Assembly (NCBI GenBank): GCA_040437565.1
Contig: JBDOQK010000001.1
Coordinates: forward strand, 1 to 64,000
Reading direction: 5' to 3'
Length of the DNA: 64,000 bases
Source of the DNA: Albugo candida
Lineage: Eukaryota
The notes under the pieces are model-generated. The model searched no databases and was not told where the DNA came from. It saw nothing but the letters and a program-made list of their open reading frames with translations. Position 1 is the first letter of the stretch, and each line of letters opens with the position of its first letter. This document shows, piece after piece, positions 1 to 13,139 of this stretch. The position numbers and the translations under genes are program-made.

Positions 1-135
1 CCCTAAAACACTAAACACTAAACACTAAACCCTAAACACTACACACTAAACACTACACACTAAACACTACACACTAAACACTACACACTAAACACTACAC
101 ACTAAACACTACACACTAAACACTAAAACCCTAAA
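1..135 (+). repeat. Telomeric/proximal telomere repeat tract (CCCTAAA with CACTAAA and CACTACA variants)
   Basis: Tandem 7-8-mers at the very start of the sequence: CCCTAAA(A) at 1, 30 and 129. Positions 37-120 are six copies of CACTACA-CACTAAA. TTTAGGG is the plant/oomycete telomere motif. Confidence 0.9.
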
Positions 136-1527
136 CTTTAAAGGATGACACATATGAAATCATCAAAAAAATGACGCACGAAGATTCGAGAAACTCGTGA
201 CATTTCATATTACATGAATTCATCTGCTGTAACATCCTCACAAACTGGTACGTCTCCTGCTGTAGGTTTAGAAGGTAAAAATGCACTGACATACTATCCT
301 AAATTATTTACGTACACAAATATAGAAAAGCAAGAACAATAATTAAAAAAGAGAAGCGCTTGAAGGGTTGGTTTAAAAAATTTAAGGGATAAAAATGATT
401 TGATACTGTGTATTATATCGTTATATATAACAAATAATACAAATTTAAAGACAGAATTTGAATAGGAAGCGCTTCCCTTGGTCGCATGGACATCTTGCGC
501 ACGCTAGTGCTGCGTGCTAGTGTACATTAGTGCGAAGATAAGGACCTAATGAAAAAAAAAGTCGTAAGGTAAAACAAATTCGATCAACGTGAAACTTACC
601 GATACAGGCTGTGACTCATAGCGCCCATTCATAGCAGGCTGATGCATGCTGCACCGGAGGGTTTTGGATGAGCTCCTGCATCTCTTTCCTCCATCCCAGG
701 TGCCACATGACCTGCACTGCAGCTCACAATATTGCCGTACAGGTAACATATAGAAGCTAGAACTCAAAGCAACATATACGAAATCATTGTACCTTTCGTG
801 AGAATATATACCTTGGCGTCGGACCTGACGGGAAGCATCCGAGAGCCCCGAATGAGTGCGTGAGTCTATTATCTATTATTGGATGAAGAGCCTGTTTCCC
901 TTAAACCACTTCGGTCGCGCAGTGCCTTCAAAGAGTGCAACTACAGCATGTATCATGATGGAAGCGAATCAAAGCCTGAAGAAACAGTGAATTCAGACAG
1001 GCATACGTTCGAGTCATTGGAGATTGGACAGAACGAATTTGCAGAAAGTGTCAAGGAGAAAGAACACGAAGAATATGCATCCAGTAAAAACTCTACTGCG
1101 AGCGAACTGCTCTGGCTCAGTGTATCGATGGAAAATTGCATCTACAGCCCGGATTACGATTACGACGAAGCGGAGGCGAGAGATAAAGCGGATTCAAAGC
1201 ACCATACGTTCGACGTTTCGGAATGCGTGGCGAAGGATTTTACAACCAATATAAAGTACATGGGGTTTTCTTCATGCAGTAATAATAATGGGCATAGTGA
1301 GTTATGACCCTGCTTTTTATTACAGTAATATTACTGATTATTTCTAGTTCTCTACTATTGTGCAAGAAAATTATAACCGACAGCCCCCCCCCCTATTTAT
1401 GCGGCCAAATTTCAAAATTTTTAATTTNNNNNNNNNNNNNNNNNNNNNNNNNNNNNNNNNNNNNNNNNNNNNNNNNNNNNNNNNNNNNNNNNNNNNNNNN
1501 NNNNNNNNNNNNNNNNNNNNNNNNNNN

Positions 1528-1730
1528 TGGACTGGACTAAAGGACGTGGTGCCAAAAGCATTGGATTCGGTCAGTTTGACCGAGATAAGGAACTACTATC
1601 AAAAATCTCAGCGGTACATGGATGTTTACCGCAAAGGTTAAGTGGTAAAGCTGCGGAATATGCAGTCAAAAAGTACTGTTCTCACCGACGCGTACCAAAT
1701 TCAATCCTGATGGACATGAACTGCCTCACG
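1528..1730 (+). mobile_element. C-terminal fragment of an IS630/Tc1-mariner-like DDE transposase (pseudogenised, truncated by a gap)
   Basis: Reads LKDVVPKALDSVSLTEIRNYYQKSQRYMDVYRKG*SGKAAEYAVKKYCSHRRVP. This resembles the 'ALDSV..IRR..RYMDAYRKGL.G..A.YAVKKY.SHRRIP' tail of eukaryotic DDE transposase-like proteins. One in-frame stop. Confidence 0.55.
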
Positions 1731-2671
1731 GCTCAATACTACGTAAATAAGACCATACTTTCGGAGATTGTTTCATCATTGATAACTTGTCATACATACT
1801 TAATAAGAGCGTTCGGGCCCAATAATATAAGTAATACAGGTTATTGATTTTCGGGCGGCCAAATATCGCTTGTCCCATTAAAAATTGCCGAAATTGGCCG
1901 AGTTTCAAGGCCTTACTAGCCCAACAAAAATAAAGTTACGAAGAATTGGCTTCCAATATCATACAGCGTAGTGTCTGTTCTTTAGTACAATGGAATTCTT
2001 TTTTCTACATTAAATCTTTTCTTTGAAGAGAAAGAATTCTTGTCTACCGATTAAACGTGCTGGTTATAAGTGTCTTGCGCTATACTACTAGCCATCGTAC
2101 CTCACCGAGACCAAAACTGATTAGCATTAGAATTAGGAACGATTATACCACTCCATCAATAAGTGTCGGCGAGGTAAAATTGTACTCCAGTAATAGAATG
2201 AAGTTAGTCCAATAAGGCAACATGATCAAGTTTGCCAAGAAAAATGATGTGTTTTCTATTAGGTGAACCTGCTTCGACTTAATTCAAACACTGCAACAAG
2301 TTTTGATGAAAGTGAGGGTTATGTGTAGGGAACGATACCATGAGCCTAAACGGGATGTTGAGTCAGACCGACAGTGTTTCACAGGGAGCAAAAGTATTCG
2401 GAGACTGTATGCGATGCAAGAAAAAACATTATTACAAGCAGAAAAAAGTGTCCTAGTTATTTTCCATCTCAAATCTCAACACTTTAACCGTCACTATGCC
2501 TCCTTGCCGTACTGAGTAGGACCTCACAGCCCACTTATTTTTCTTCTCTTATCCCGAGCAGACATTTCTTTGTCAATCCGCGTCTGTGATCCTTCGGATC
2601 TTCCAGCAGGTGAGGAATGCATTTGAAGAAAGGATACACACTTAGTGTAGTCCATATATGCGATTTCATCT

Positions 2672-4534
2672 TTAGTCATGTATGTTTTTGACTTCGATTC
2701 CCGAACCATTCTTCTGCCTCGGTGTCTCCGCAAAAAATGTCTGCCAAATCGTCAACTGATACAGGTTGTAATAGCTGGAAATCATCAAATTGAAACTCCG
2801 GCCTCGGCTCGAGCTGCGCGGAATCGGAACGCTCTTTGTCGCATTCAACAAACCCTTCAACTTCCCTTTTTCTCTTGTTATCCATATATGTGCCTGCTCA
2901 ACAGAGACCAATAGTACTTCTTCATGAACGACAAGGCATGTAACGCATGGGAAAAAATTGAGCTGCATGCCTTTGCCTATATCAAAATGGATCTCTGTCG
3001 TGAGTGCTCCAAAATCTGGCAGGGGTATTTCCTTCGAATCACTCGTCGAAGACGGTGAACGCTGCTGCGCTAACGTTGACATGTATTCTAAATCGATTTC
3101 TGGATCCGGTTTCATGTTGAGATCAAAGCTGAAAGCTTGCTTCAGACCTGTTCGTGCTTCTGAGGGCATCATCCTTCTTTCTTCGTAAGTACATATCTCT
3201 ACCGGTACGTTGCGCATAGTGAAGCAGCTGAATTGAGGACCAAAGCATTCGGCAACACTCATTTGCCTACTGCATGATGACTTTGTTGTCCGAGAAAGTT
3301 TCGTGGGCAGCTGTTTAATTCCCTTTACATTGCGAAGGTATTGAAACCATTCGGTTGGCATTGCAGAAAAGACCCAAATGCATATATTTGGCTGCTGAAT
3401 TGATGAAGATGTAGCTTTCTCTATTTGATATTCCACGCGCTTGGTGAGTGGTGAATGCTGGGTGGAAGAAAGAAAGTGTTCCTTTAAAAGTGCGGAACAT
3501 GTACTTTTTGTTTCAGAGGGTTGCATTTTTCCACATGTTTTTTTGCATTTGTGAAATGTGTCCTCACCAGACCCCACATTCTAGAATCTGTTATATAAGT
3601 GCGGCATTTCATATTCATCTCTAGCACTCGAGTCGTTGAATTTCAGACGTTCGAAATCTCTTCCCATGAACACAATTGCTGTTTTCTCTTGAGATGACAC
3701 ACACGATAAGCAAAGTTTCGAGGAATCACCTAATCTTTGAGTACGGAAGCAAGAGGTAGACATTTCTAGACTCTTCTCAGTTTGTTGCACTTGTTCTAAT
3801 AAAGTCGTTCCATCTGCATGGGAATTATGATGGCCGAATCGCAAGCTGTATTCTACGGTAGCTGGATATGATGGGAACGAAGTGGATGAAACTGGAGTCT
3901 GGTCTAGGTCCAAAATCGTTTTGACAAATGAGTCACACGAGTCCTTCGATAGTGCAAAATTTGAACCGGTACAAGCCTTTCCTACCCGATAAACGGTGGT
4001 GATTTGTTGTAGTCTTGGACGTACGCAGAAGGTACAAATGAAAGGTTTTAGGTAAGGATACATCGCACGATAGAAAATCCCACATTACTTCTGATCCGCT
4101 GATCTCATTCAGAGAACTCATACGCAACAGTGAGTGAGATGCTGCGTATTTTATCAAGCATAGATAATGTTCAATGTCCTTAACCGGATGGTTCTCTTCT
4201 GCTTCCCTTTTTTCTTCATCGGAAGGTATATAATCTTCAATTTCCACGGTTCCGCACTTAGCCACTCCAAAGCAAAGACTTCCACGTTGTAGTAGAAGGA
4301 GCTTGGTCCTTTTATAAGATATGTGATGGTTATTGTTACTTCTGAAATCGACTTTTTCATCAAGATCAAACGCTTCGCACCGGCGTATTTTAATAGACAG
4401 GTGTGACATGTTTGCAGACTTGTGCGTTTAGGACTGAATTTGGACTGTAACTTTCTGAAGCCGCACTCCGCGATGTGAGTTACCGTTGTAGCGACTATAA
4501 TCAGACAGAGTAAGCCACGCGTACTTCTCACCAT
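2672..4534 (-). pseudogene. Disrupted CCG/CHxC-class secreted effector paralog
   Basis: Signal peptide MVRSTRGLLCLIIVATTVTHIA, then CHTCLLKYAG (CxxCxxxxxG, 4408-4379). Continues across frameshifts and a stop through ORFs 3933-4409, 3581-4063 and 2672-3577. C-terminal CVTCLVVHEEVLL...AHIWIT aligns with CVTCLLQHTEVFF...GYVWMS of the intact gene. Confidence 0.75.
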
Positions 4535-7500
4535 TTAAATCTGATTGTAAACAATGTACGATAAGTATAGAGTAAGTGTTGCCATTGCTCAATATAAACC
4601 AATCAGCGCTATCGAGCCGTGTTCATCGTGTGATTTGATATCCCTCAACACTTTATTGGAAAAGCTGATGTATGTCTCGATCCCTTGCTGCATCTACGGT
4701 GAGAAGAAGATGTCTACAGCTCCGTTGGGGGAGATTGTCGTTAACAATTCTACCACAACCTCACGAACTCACGTGTTGCATCATCGAGACTCCTACCGGC
4801 TGATATCTGTTCCAACCTAGAATCAAAAATTGCGAGCAATTCAGGAAGCAAAACCAATTTCGCAACAAAATGTGGTGGCTTTCCAGGGACAATTTTGCTA
4901 TTGCTCTAAAGCAGATAAGTGAATATTTTGCTGACGATGCGATGGAATACTAATAAATCGATCCATATACAAAAGAATTCTCAAGTTTTCGACTATTTTG
5001 TTATAAACGGATCGCATATGGAAAGGCATACCAGTAAGAGGATATAATGTATTCTAGTAAGAATTGATTCGGCATACAACAGAAAGTGAATCATTGAATG
5101 CTTCTAATACCGCTTCCTTCATTCTCAAGCATGTCTTGAGTAGTTTTCAAATGGAATTGACGGCGTTGGAATCTACTCTGATTCTCCTTTGAGATTTTAG
5201 TGCAATCGGTATGCGCATATTTGATGTCTTTGGCTTTTAAATGTATATTTGAAGTAAGATGAACACTCTAGAGTCGTATCATGTATATTATAGAGCGAAG
5301 AAAAGTTGTAAATCTTTCATAAACGCGCAGAATAACTACAAGTAATGCACACATGGAGACACAAAGAAAATCCTGAGGCAAAATACTTTGATCATGGTGA
5401 AAGTAGCGTCAACCAAACTCCTTGAAAATCAACAGTCTCAATTTATAAAAGCTGATCAAGCTATAAGAAGAAACCGAAGTGGTAAATGCTGACGAGTTCT
5501 AAAATCTTATAATTCCAGCGGAAAGTCAGCTCCTAGAGAAAGATGAGTTACATCGGGTATGGCTACGGCGTAGTGGGTGATCTTAATGTCATCTGCATCA
5601 AAACATTCTCGTCATAAGCAGCGCTTTAACACATTTTCAGTCCCATCCAATGAACTCAGTGAAGTCGTAGTATTTCATGTTTACGGTGGTCGAGTTGATC
5701 ATGACAGCGATCTATAAAAGCCGACTACACAATCCCGAACAAGAAAACCTGTCCGTCTTAGCTCTAAAACATACTAACGAACACCTGAAAGCTTGTAGAA
5801 CTTTCGTTTGTTAGTAAGTGGTATCGCCTACACACGATGAATTCCGATAAAGCGAAGTGAATTTGGCTGGATGCCGTTATAAAGTTCCACTATGTTGCAC
5901 AAACATGCGACCACAAAAAATTTAGGTGTGTATAACTCGGTCGCCAAACTGCAAGAACTTTGTATTACTTGAATCAATTCTTTGACAGTTTGGTGCAAGA
6001 CAATCTGCAGTGTTTCAGTAAAGTCAATAATAGAGTACGCATCCGCCTCGTGCACTTAGCTCACTACCGTAAAGTAGTTGAGAGGAAAGCGTTACCCAGG
6101 CAATACAAAGATTTGTGAATTGATCTTATCGGTGAAGCAACTTTCACTTGTAATAAGCCCTCTGTTGAAATGCCATTGCAGCTGTTTGTAAACATTTCGG
6201 AGCACAATCCCAAGAAATGATGGTTATCAGTCGAGCAAGCGCATTATGACGCTTCACGACATATCTTGTACTTTTCAAACTTCTCTGATTCTCGTATATA
6301 TTCCAATGCGTGCTTGCTAGATGCCTTGCAGTGTTGCATTGCAGATGTGTTTTGTCTGTGGCAATAGTCAAATAGTGTATGGCAACACTCGCACCCGACA
6401 AGTTCTACACGCTACAACTTGTTGTAATGGAATGTAAGCAAGATGTATGGATAGAATATGTTGTTTCTATTACAAAAAGGTTTATTATCTTGAACACAGA
6501 GTGGAAACGACAACACTTTTTAAGTTTGATGGATGATATGTCAAAATCAACATCGTCAGGCAAGTTATTCTCCTACATGCGCTCGAAAAAACTGCAAAAT
6601 AAAACTGCCGTCTTCAAGCAACGACAGTGCAACTAAAAAAGAATGAGTCGTCTCAGGTTCCCCAATGCCGCTCCATTAAATGATGCGCAATGTTAAAGAT
6701 GTGGGTCGTGTGCTGTTTCATCCGGAACCGCAACTAACGTAAGGTATAGTAAAATGACAAAAGAAGAAGTTGAAAAAGATCGTACCATGGATCTGGCAGT
6801 CCATCGGACATGATATCGTCCCGTCCTTATCCAGTCTTCAAGAATATTAAAACTTACCGCCTGTACTTCGGCATCGCTGTTGCTGTTGACAGGTTCGAAA
6901 ATCTTTGGATCTTAACAAATGATATAGCCAAAATGGGGACCATATGGGAACTTCATAACACACATCATTTTGGACGTATTTGAGCCGAAGATCCTTCAGC
7001 ACCAAATCAAAGCTATATACAACGTAAGCAATCCGGTCCTTCTAAGATTCTGTGTCAGTGCCAGAATTTGAAATCAATGATGTTTCCAATTGTTTGGTAA
7101 TACACAGGTGAACGATCGAATAGTATCAGTCATCAAAAAGTAGTCTCCACAGCGAATTGAACAAGATCTATTCTGAAGTCCCTTCAACCATTGTCACATC
7201 GAGCTTTTCCTCTTTCGCACACTGCGCGATTAATATATCCGCGTTGCAAAAGACAACACGATCAGTGGCAATGCATCACACACTGTAGCGGAGAAACATC
7301 CGTACTACAAACATTCACGACGCAAAAGTCCAGAACAACCGTTTTGTATCATTTTCATTCAGCATAAGCATCAAGTTTCGACAGCATTTTATTTGGCTTT
7401 CTTTTTTTAGCAGGGATAGCCTTAACGCAAGTAGGCAGTTTCAAGCCTGGAATAGTTGATCTTGGCAGAGCTCAATGATGCTCACTCATCCGTTTTGTCT

Positions 7501-10081
7501 TGGCCACCTTCCTTGCATCAAGTCGTGTCATCGCCGACTAAATTTTCCGTCACCAGCAAAGCAGAAGTAACCAAACAAGCATTTGGGTGCCACCAGATGA
7601 TAAGTCGATTAACAGCATGTTTCGATATATCCTAAAACGGTATATTGAATACAGATTTAGGAAGAATGGGCACGAATATTACTTGCCCTTGGAGAAGCAA
7701 GCTGGTCTTGCAAGTTCTTCATGTTGCGGACACAGTGATATTCCGTTGCACGAGACATTTGGATCTTATATTTGACACATTGATTGGAGATGGAAAATAA
7801 AAAATAGCAGAAGATGTGTCTAGATGGTGAAACAGATTTACAAGTCACACTGACTGCGGTATTGTGGGTTCTGGACTGGCATCTCTATCAACGACCAAGT
7901 AGTACCTCGCACAGAAAAGTGGCCTGACAGAAAACTATATTTTTGCAGTATTTGACTATGGCGACCGTTGTCAAAAGTACAGAGGACACGTACAGAGGAC
8001 ACGCCGAAAACATCAATAAGCATGAGTATAACCCGTTTATGTAATGTGAACGTTGAAGGACATCTTCCAATGTGGAAAGTGTGACATTTGGACGGAAATT
8101 TCTTTTGCTAAACAAAAAAGAGACGCGAGCAGTGTAGTCTATTACGATATGGCATGCTTCGCATCTCAGAAAACCGATTGCTCATGTCGTGTGGGATGGA
8201 ACCTCATCATGGATTGGTGATATCCAATGCAGTCCTTCAAATCATGCGGTCGAACAGGAGCGTCCAAATGAAAAGCACCAATAAATTTCAAATCTGAGTG
8301 TGAGGGCTCCGACTGGAGCTTAAATATAAGATACAAATGATCACCTAATTGAAGGATCCCTGGATGAAAGAAAAGAAGTGACTGTTGCAACTTGTTCGAA
8401 TGAATCGAAAACCCGAGGGCGCACCCGATAAATCTTCAGCACTACCAAACGTGTGCGCAATGAAATCACAGGTACCAAAGTTTATCTTTTTGAAGTAGCA
8501 ATTGATCAAAGAATATCGACATTCGTATTATTCCGTCCGTATTTCTGTGACGCACATCAAAAGTTTTTCGTGTCTCTTGCGTATCATACTATCACCCCTT
8601 TTAGGAAAACTTGGAAAAGCACATCCAAGGTCCAATATTTACCTGGATTGGTCTTTGAAAGAAAACGCAACAAAGCCATATCGCTGACATAGCCAAAGCA
8701 CTCATATGAAGGAACGTTTCACCCCGGTCTTCGAGTACCTCTAAGGCCACAAGACCTTAATCAATTCATATTAGCAGGAAAATAACGATTCTCACTTTTC
8801 CGGGAGAGAAAGGTGCTCGTATCTATTGTGGTATGCCAAGGTTGCAAAAATCAGCTCCCCATACGACATAAGTTTAGCTCGATACTCGTCATCGGAGGAT
8901 TTCGAATGGAGCAATAGCCAGAAACCATATCTTTTGACGCCGTTATTGTACTGTAATCCAAAGATACGATAGTACGGTACAAATCCCCCTCCAACGTCGA
9001 TACTTACACGCATAGCATTGGACACAAAATGAATGGCTCTCAGGGAGGTATTTAAAAATCTGTTTGGTAGCTGTGAATAATCTATCATATGATTGACGTA
9101 TAATAATGCGGGTGAATTCCCACGAAACCGTATTCGCTGAACAATAATGTTGCCTCCACTCTAGATCTCCATGCCATGACTATATAAAAAAGGTTGCTGC
9201 TTTGTTGATCATGATCTGGGAGTCTACCAAATTATGTCGGCGATGGAAAAACTTAACATATTTTGGGGTGGATATAGTCTCCTACCCTATTATCCTAACT
9301 TTTATATCATCCTTTGAAATTGCGTCATTCGCGTATGATTATGTTGATTGCGTAGCGTCAAGTACATTAAGAGCGTATTCATGAGGTGCACATGTTAGAG
9401 TACCACTTTGATTTGTATGTTATAACCTTCAAATGGGCTGAATCGACGTCAATAAAGTGCTATCTTAATATCAGTTCACCTCATCCGATTTCATTAATTG
9501 TCTTAACGACTGTGCGAATTACTTCGATTGCCACATTACTTTTATGTAGACATGACAGTGTGCTGACCGTACCGTAGGCAACCAACGCCAGTTATGCAGC
9601 GTGGGAATCTCTCTCATATATTTCATAGTGATGACAAACTCTCAATAATGATTTATATTCAATTGGTGATACCAAACGAGTATGCTGAGACGGAATGTAT
9701 ACTGTATTTGAACCAGTGTAGGGGTGACACTTCTCACGAGCACAGGAGGATTACTCCATACATGATACTAATGATGCAATCGATTTGTATAAAGGGATGA
9801 GAAGATTAATTTCAGCGTATATATTGTCGAACGCACAATTTTTCAAAAATTGCATTATTCGCCAGGCGATTTCAGTCCAAGAATCCTGAATCTAATTTCA
9901 TACGGTAACCAATGACGAGTGACGATTATAGCAATAATTGAAACGAGTGGTTTACTCTGTTAGCATCGGTACCAGACCATTNNNNNNNNNNNNNNNNNNN
10001 NNNNNNNNNNNNNNNNNNNNNNNNNNNNNNNNNNNNNNNNNNNNNNNNNNNNNNNNNNNNNNNNNNNNNNNNNNNNNNNNN

Positions 10082-12538
10082 GTCCTCAGAACAGACGGAG
10101 GCGGGGAGTATGGATTGGTTTTGTAGGGACGTCGGCATAGCGCGGTAGGTAAGTGAATTAAGGAACTATGTCAGCAATGGAAGGGCAGGAAGAATGCACC
10201 GTACCATAATCAACATGGTGCGGAGCATGACTTTCCCTGTGGTTTACCGTTAAGCTTTTTGAAAGACGCAGCTGAATATTCTGCGTTCATTCTATACAGA
10301 AGCCTCAGTAAGGCAACGAAAGGCAGACAATCAACACTTCTAATGCCCACAACACCCTCGTACTTAGCGATATCGTGGTATTTGGATCGCCATGTACGGA
10401 ACACCGCGACGCGAGGAACGAATCGCTGGGCAAGAGAGGCAAGGGTGGGCTACTCATTGAATAAATTGATGAAATCAAGAGCTATTGAATCTATATTCCG
10501 AAGGAAAGGCTTCTTATTTTAACTCGGCATGTCCGGAACGTCGATGCACTCACGACTACACAAAAGAAGCAGCTCGAACACTCACTTCTCGAAGTTGAAG
10601 ACACACCCACTAAATTGATCACTCCAGTGAATGAGACGGTAACGAAAATGCGTGGCAACACACGAGGTCGAAAGAGTTCCTGGACGCGGATGCGTACGGT
10701 TCTCGTCGTACTCCACAAAAGGAGAAAAATGCGTTTCTTGGTGAACAGTGTAAGGGAGGCTGACCCAAAGAACAATGAACAGGGCATGCGCAGCGCTCAA
10801 ACGTACAGGGGATTATTGCTATGAAAAAAGTGCTTGATGCGCTGAACAAGATAGATGGTAGTGCCACCTAAGGGCACTTACGTTTTGCACACCAAATGGG
10901 TGTTTCAAACAAAGGAAGACGACGACGGCTCAATTGAACGTTCTAAAGCCAGGCTCGTAGCCTACGGGAACGAGCATCTATTCGGTGTTAATTACGGACT
11001 CACGTTTGCGGCGGCCATGTAGTTAAGCACTGTCAAGGTCATTCTTGGATTTGCACGTCGTTGGTAAGTACCAGCCAACCATGGGTTATCCTCACCGTCT
11101 ACGCAAAGGCAGATAAGGAGAAGAACATGAAGATTTATGTTTTTATCCCACAGGGAATGAATTTACCGGACGGCGCTACAAAAAGCTGTGGCATGGAAAG
11201 TGAAAAGGGACTGTCTGATATGAATAGATTAGGTTTCGCATGGCTGGGTGTTAGAGCACACGTCCACTAAGCAAGAAGAATTAAACTTTATTACGTCTAT
11301 TTCTATCCTATTTCCTCCAAAGTCGAACAGTGCCATATATTAGTACAAATTGAAATATTTGCTGACTTAAAATGATACTGGTAACCCCCACACACACAGT
11401 CATATATGTAGACAATCCGACTATGTCATCGTAATATTCAATATCAAGTTAAATGTGATGGGAAACGAGAACTTCATTTTTTAGCTGATATATTTGTCGG
11501 ATTTCNNNNNNNNNNNNNNNNNNNNNNNNNNNNNNNNNNNNNNNNNNNNNNNNNNNNNNNNNNNNNNNNNNNNNNNNNNNNNNNNNNNNNNNNNNNNNNN
11601 NNNNNGGTCCACAAGGTTTCTATAACGCGCATTGAACATGAAAATAATGATGGATACACGCTGGTTCAATCAGTTGCAATTGTAGAGCTATTGGATCAAC
11701 AAGGTCTCGATAAAGCTAATATCGCACACAGACAAATCGGTGATGAGTGCTACAAATTGGACTGGGAAGTAGTGCGGCTACTCGAGCAAAGTAAGAATGG
11801 CAACGTAACAACAGTGCGTAACTTCCCGTAGCTCGTGAGAAGCCTGCTGTGGAGTGCTCGCTGTCCGGCCAGTCATCAGCTTTGAGGTGCATAGGGCCAC
11901 GCGGCTTACGCACCAGCCATTCACAAGTGACGGGAAGCTTGCGAACCGAATTGCTCGCTAGCTCTAGCACACAAAGAAACTAAAGCTGCGATTATATCCC
12001 TAAAACCTTGTACAGCACGATCGTCTTGAGCTTCTGAAGCGACTCTCACTCCGCTGCATACAAGGGTGATAGGGAGTCTGTAAGCGGCGGCTTTGTCACT
12101 ATGGAAGGTGGTATCATTCAGTGGTTCTGTTACAAACAGACAGGCGTGTCTCTGTCGTCTAGGGAGTCACAGTTAACGTCTGCATCGCATCTCAGACGTG
12201 AACTTCTTGCGCTTAAGGAGTTAATGCGCAAAATTAGTCTTAAGGTAGAAGAGCTATGTGCATGATGATGGATGATCAAGCCGCGATTCGGTTGCTGGAC
12301 TCTGAAGGCAGCGTGGGAAGCTCTAAACACGTAGATATACAGGTGATGTTTATTTGTGATTACGCTATCAAGGGAATTGTAAAGTAGACGGTTGTAAGAG
12401 ACCCATGTCGGTCGTCCACTCTCTGATATGAATAGATTAGGTTTCGCATGGCTGGGTGTTAGAGCACACGTCCACTAGGCAAGAAGAGTTAAACTTTATT
12501 ACGTCTACTTCTATCCTATTTCCTCCAAAGTCGAACAG
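10082..12538 (+). mobile_element. Degenerate Ty1/Copia LTR retrotransposon (integrase, RT, RNase H, probable 3' LTR ~12392-12538), split by gaps
   Basis: Integrase VLRTDGGGEY. RT VLHTKWVFQTK..DGSIERSKARLVAYGNEHLFGVNYGLTFAAAM. RNase H DRESVSGGFV...WFCYKQTGVSLSSRES...MDDQAAI...SKHVDI. Many stops and frameshifts. A candidate LTR runs TGTAAG...GAACA. Confidence 0.85.
11214..11505 (+). repeat. 292-bp direct duplicate of 12422-12713
   Basis: Near-identical copies with about 8 small differences by eye. The first copy ends at an N gap. Confidence 0.9.
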
Positions 12539-13139
12539 TGCCATATATTAGTACAAATTGAAATATTTGCTGACTTAAATGATACTAGTAACCCCCACAC
12601 ACACAGTCATATATGTAGACAATCCGACCATGTCATCGTAATATTCAAATATCAAGTTAAATGTGATGGGAAACGAGAACTTCATTTTTTAGCTGATATA
12701 TTTGTCGGATTTCAAGTCTGCAATTAGATTTTCTGAGACCCATCGCAGATAAGTAGAGTTCAATTGTTCAGAACTAAATCAACAAAATATACTTGCCAGC
12801 CCTATCAGCTAATAAGTGGAATTTTTGATCACATTGTCAGTTATTGTGCATTAGCACACAAGCAGCATATCACTATCCTTATACGTTTTGAGTCTCGAAC
12901 ATATAAGTTTTTCAGCTGACTTTTTTCATGCTTCCCATACCCATGAATTTAGAATCGAAACCTGCGTTGAAAAAACTATAAAAAACGAAAGTATTGCGTG
13001 AAATTGTTTCTGGCTTTAAGCACTTTATTTTATGATACTTAAGCAAGTCACATAAAAAGTTATAACAATTGGCTCAAATAACACCACGTGTCCAAAAATC
13101 GACCACTTATTATTGCTCACATATCAGAGACAAAGAATA

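Noticed and set aside
879-1307. Acidic 142-aa ORF next to the telomere
   Set aside because: TTG start in a eukaryote and no recognisable motif, so no product can be supported.
7852-7980. DCGIVGSGLASLST, resembling a Rossmann GxGxxG motif
   Set aside because: The third Gly is absent, a stop follows at once and there is no supporting downstream domain.
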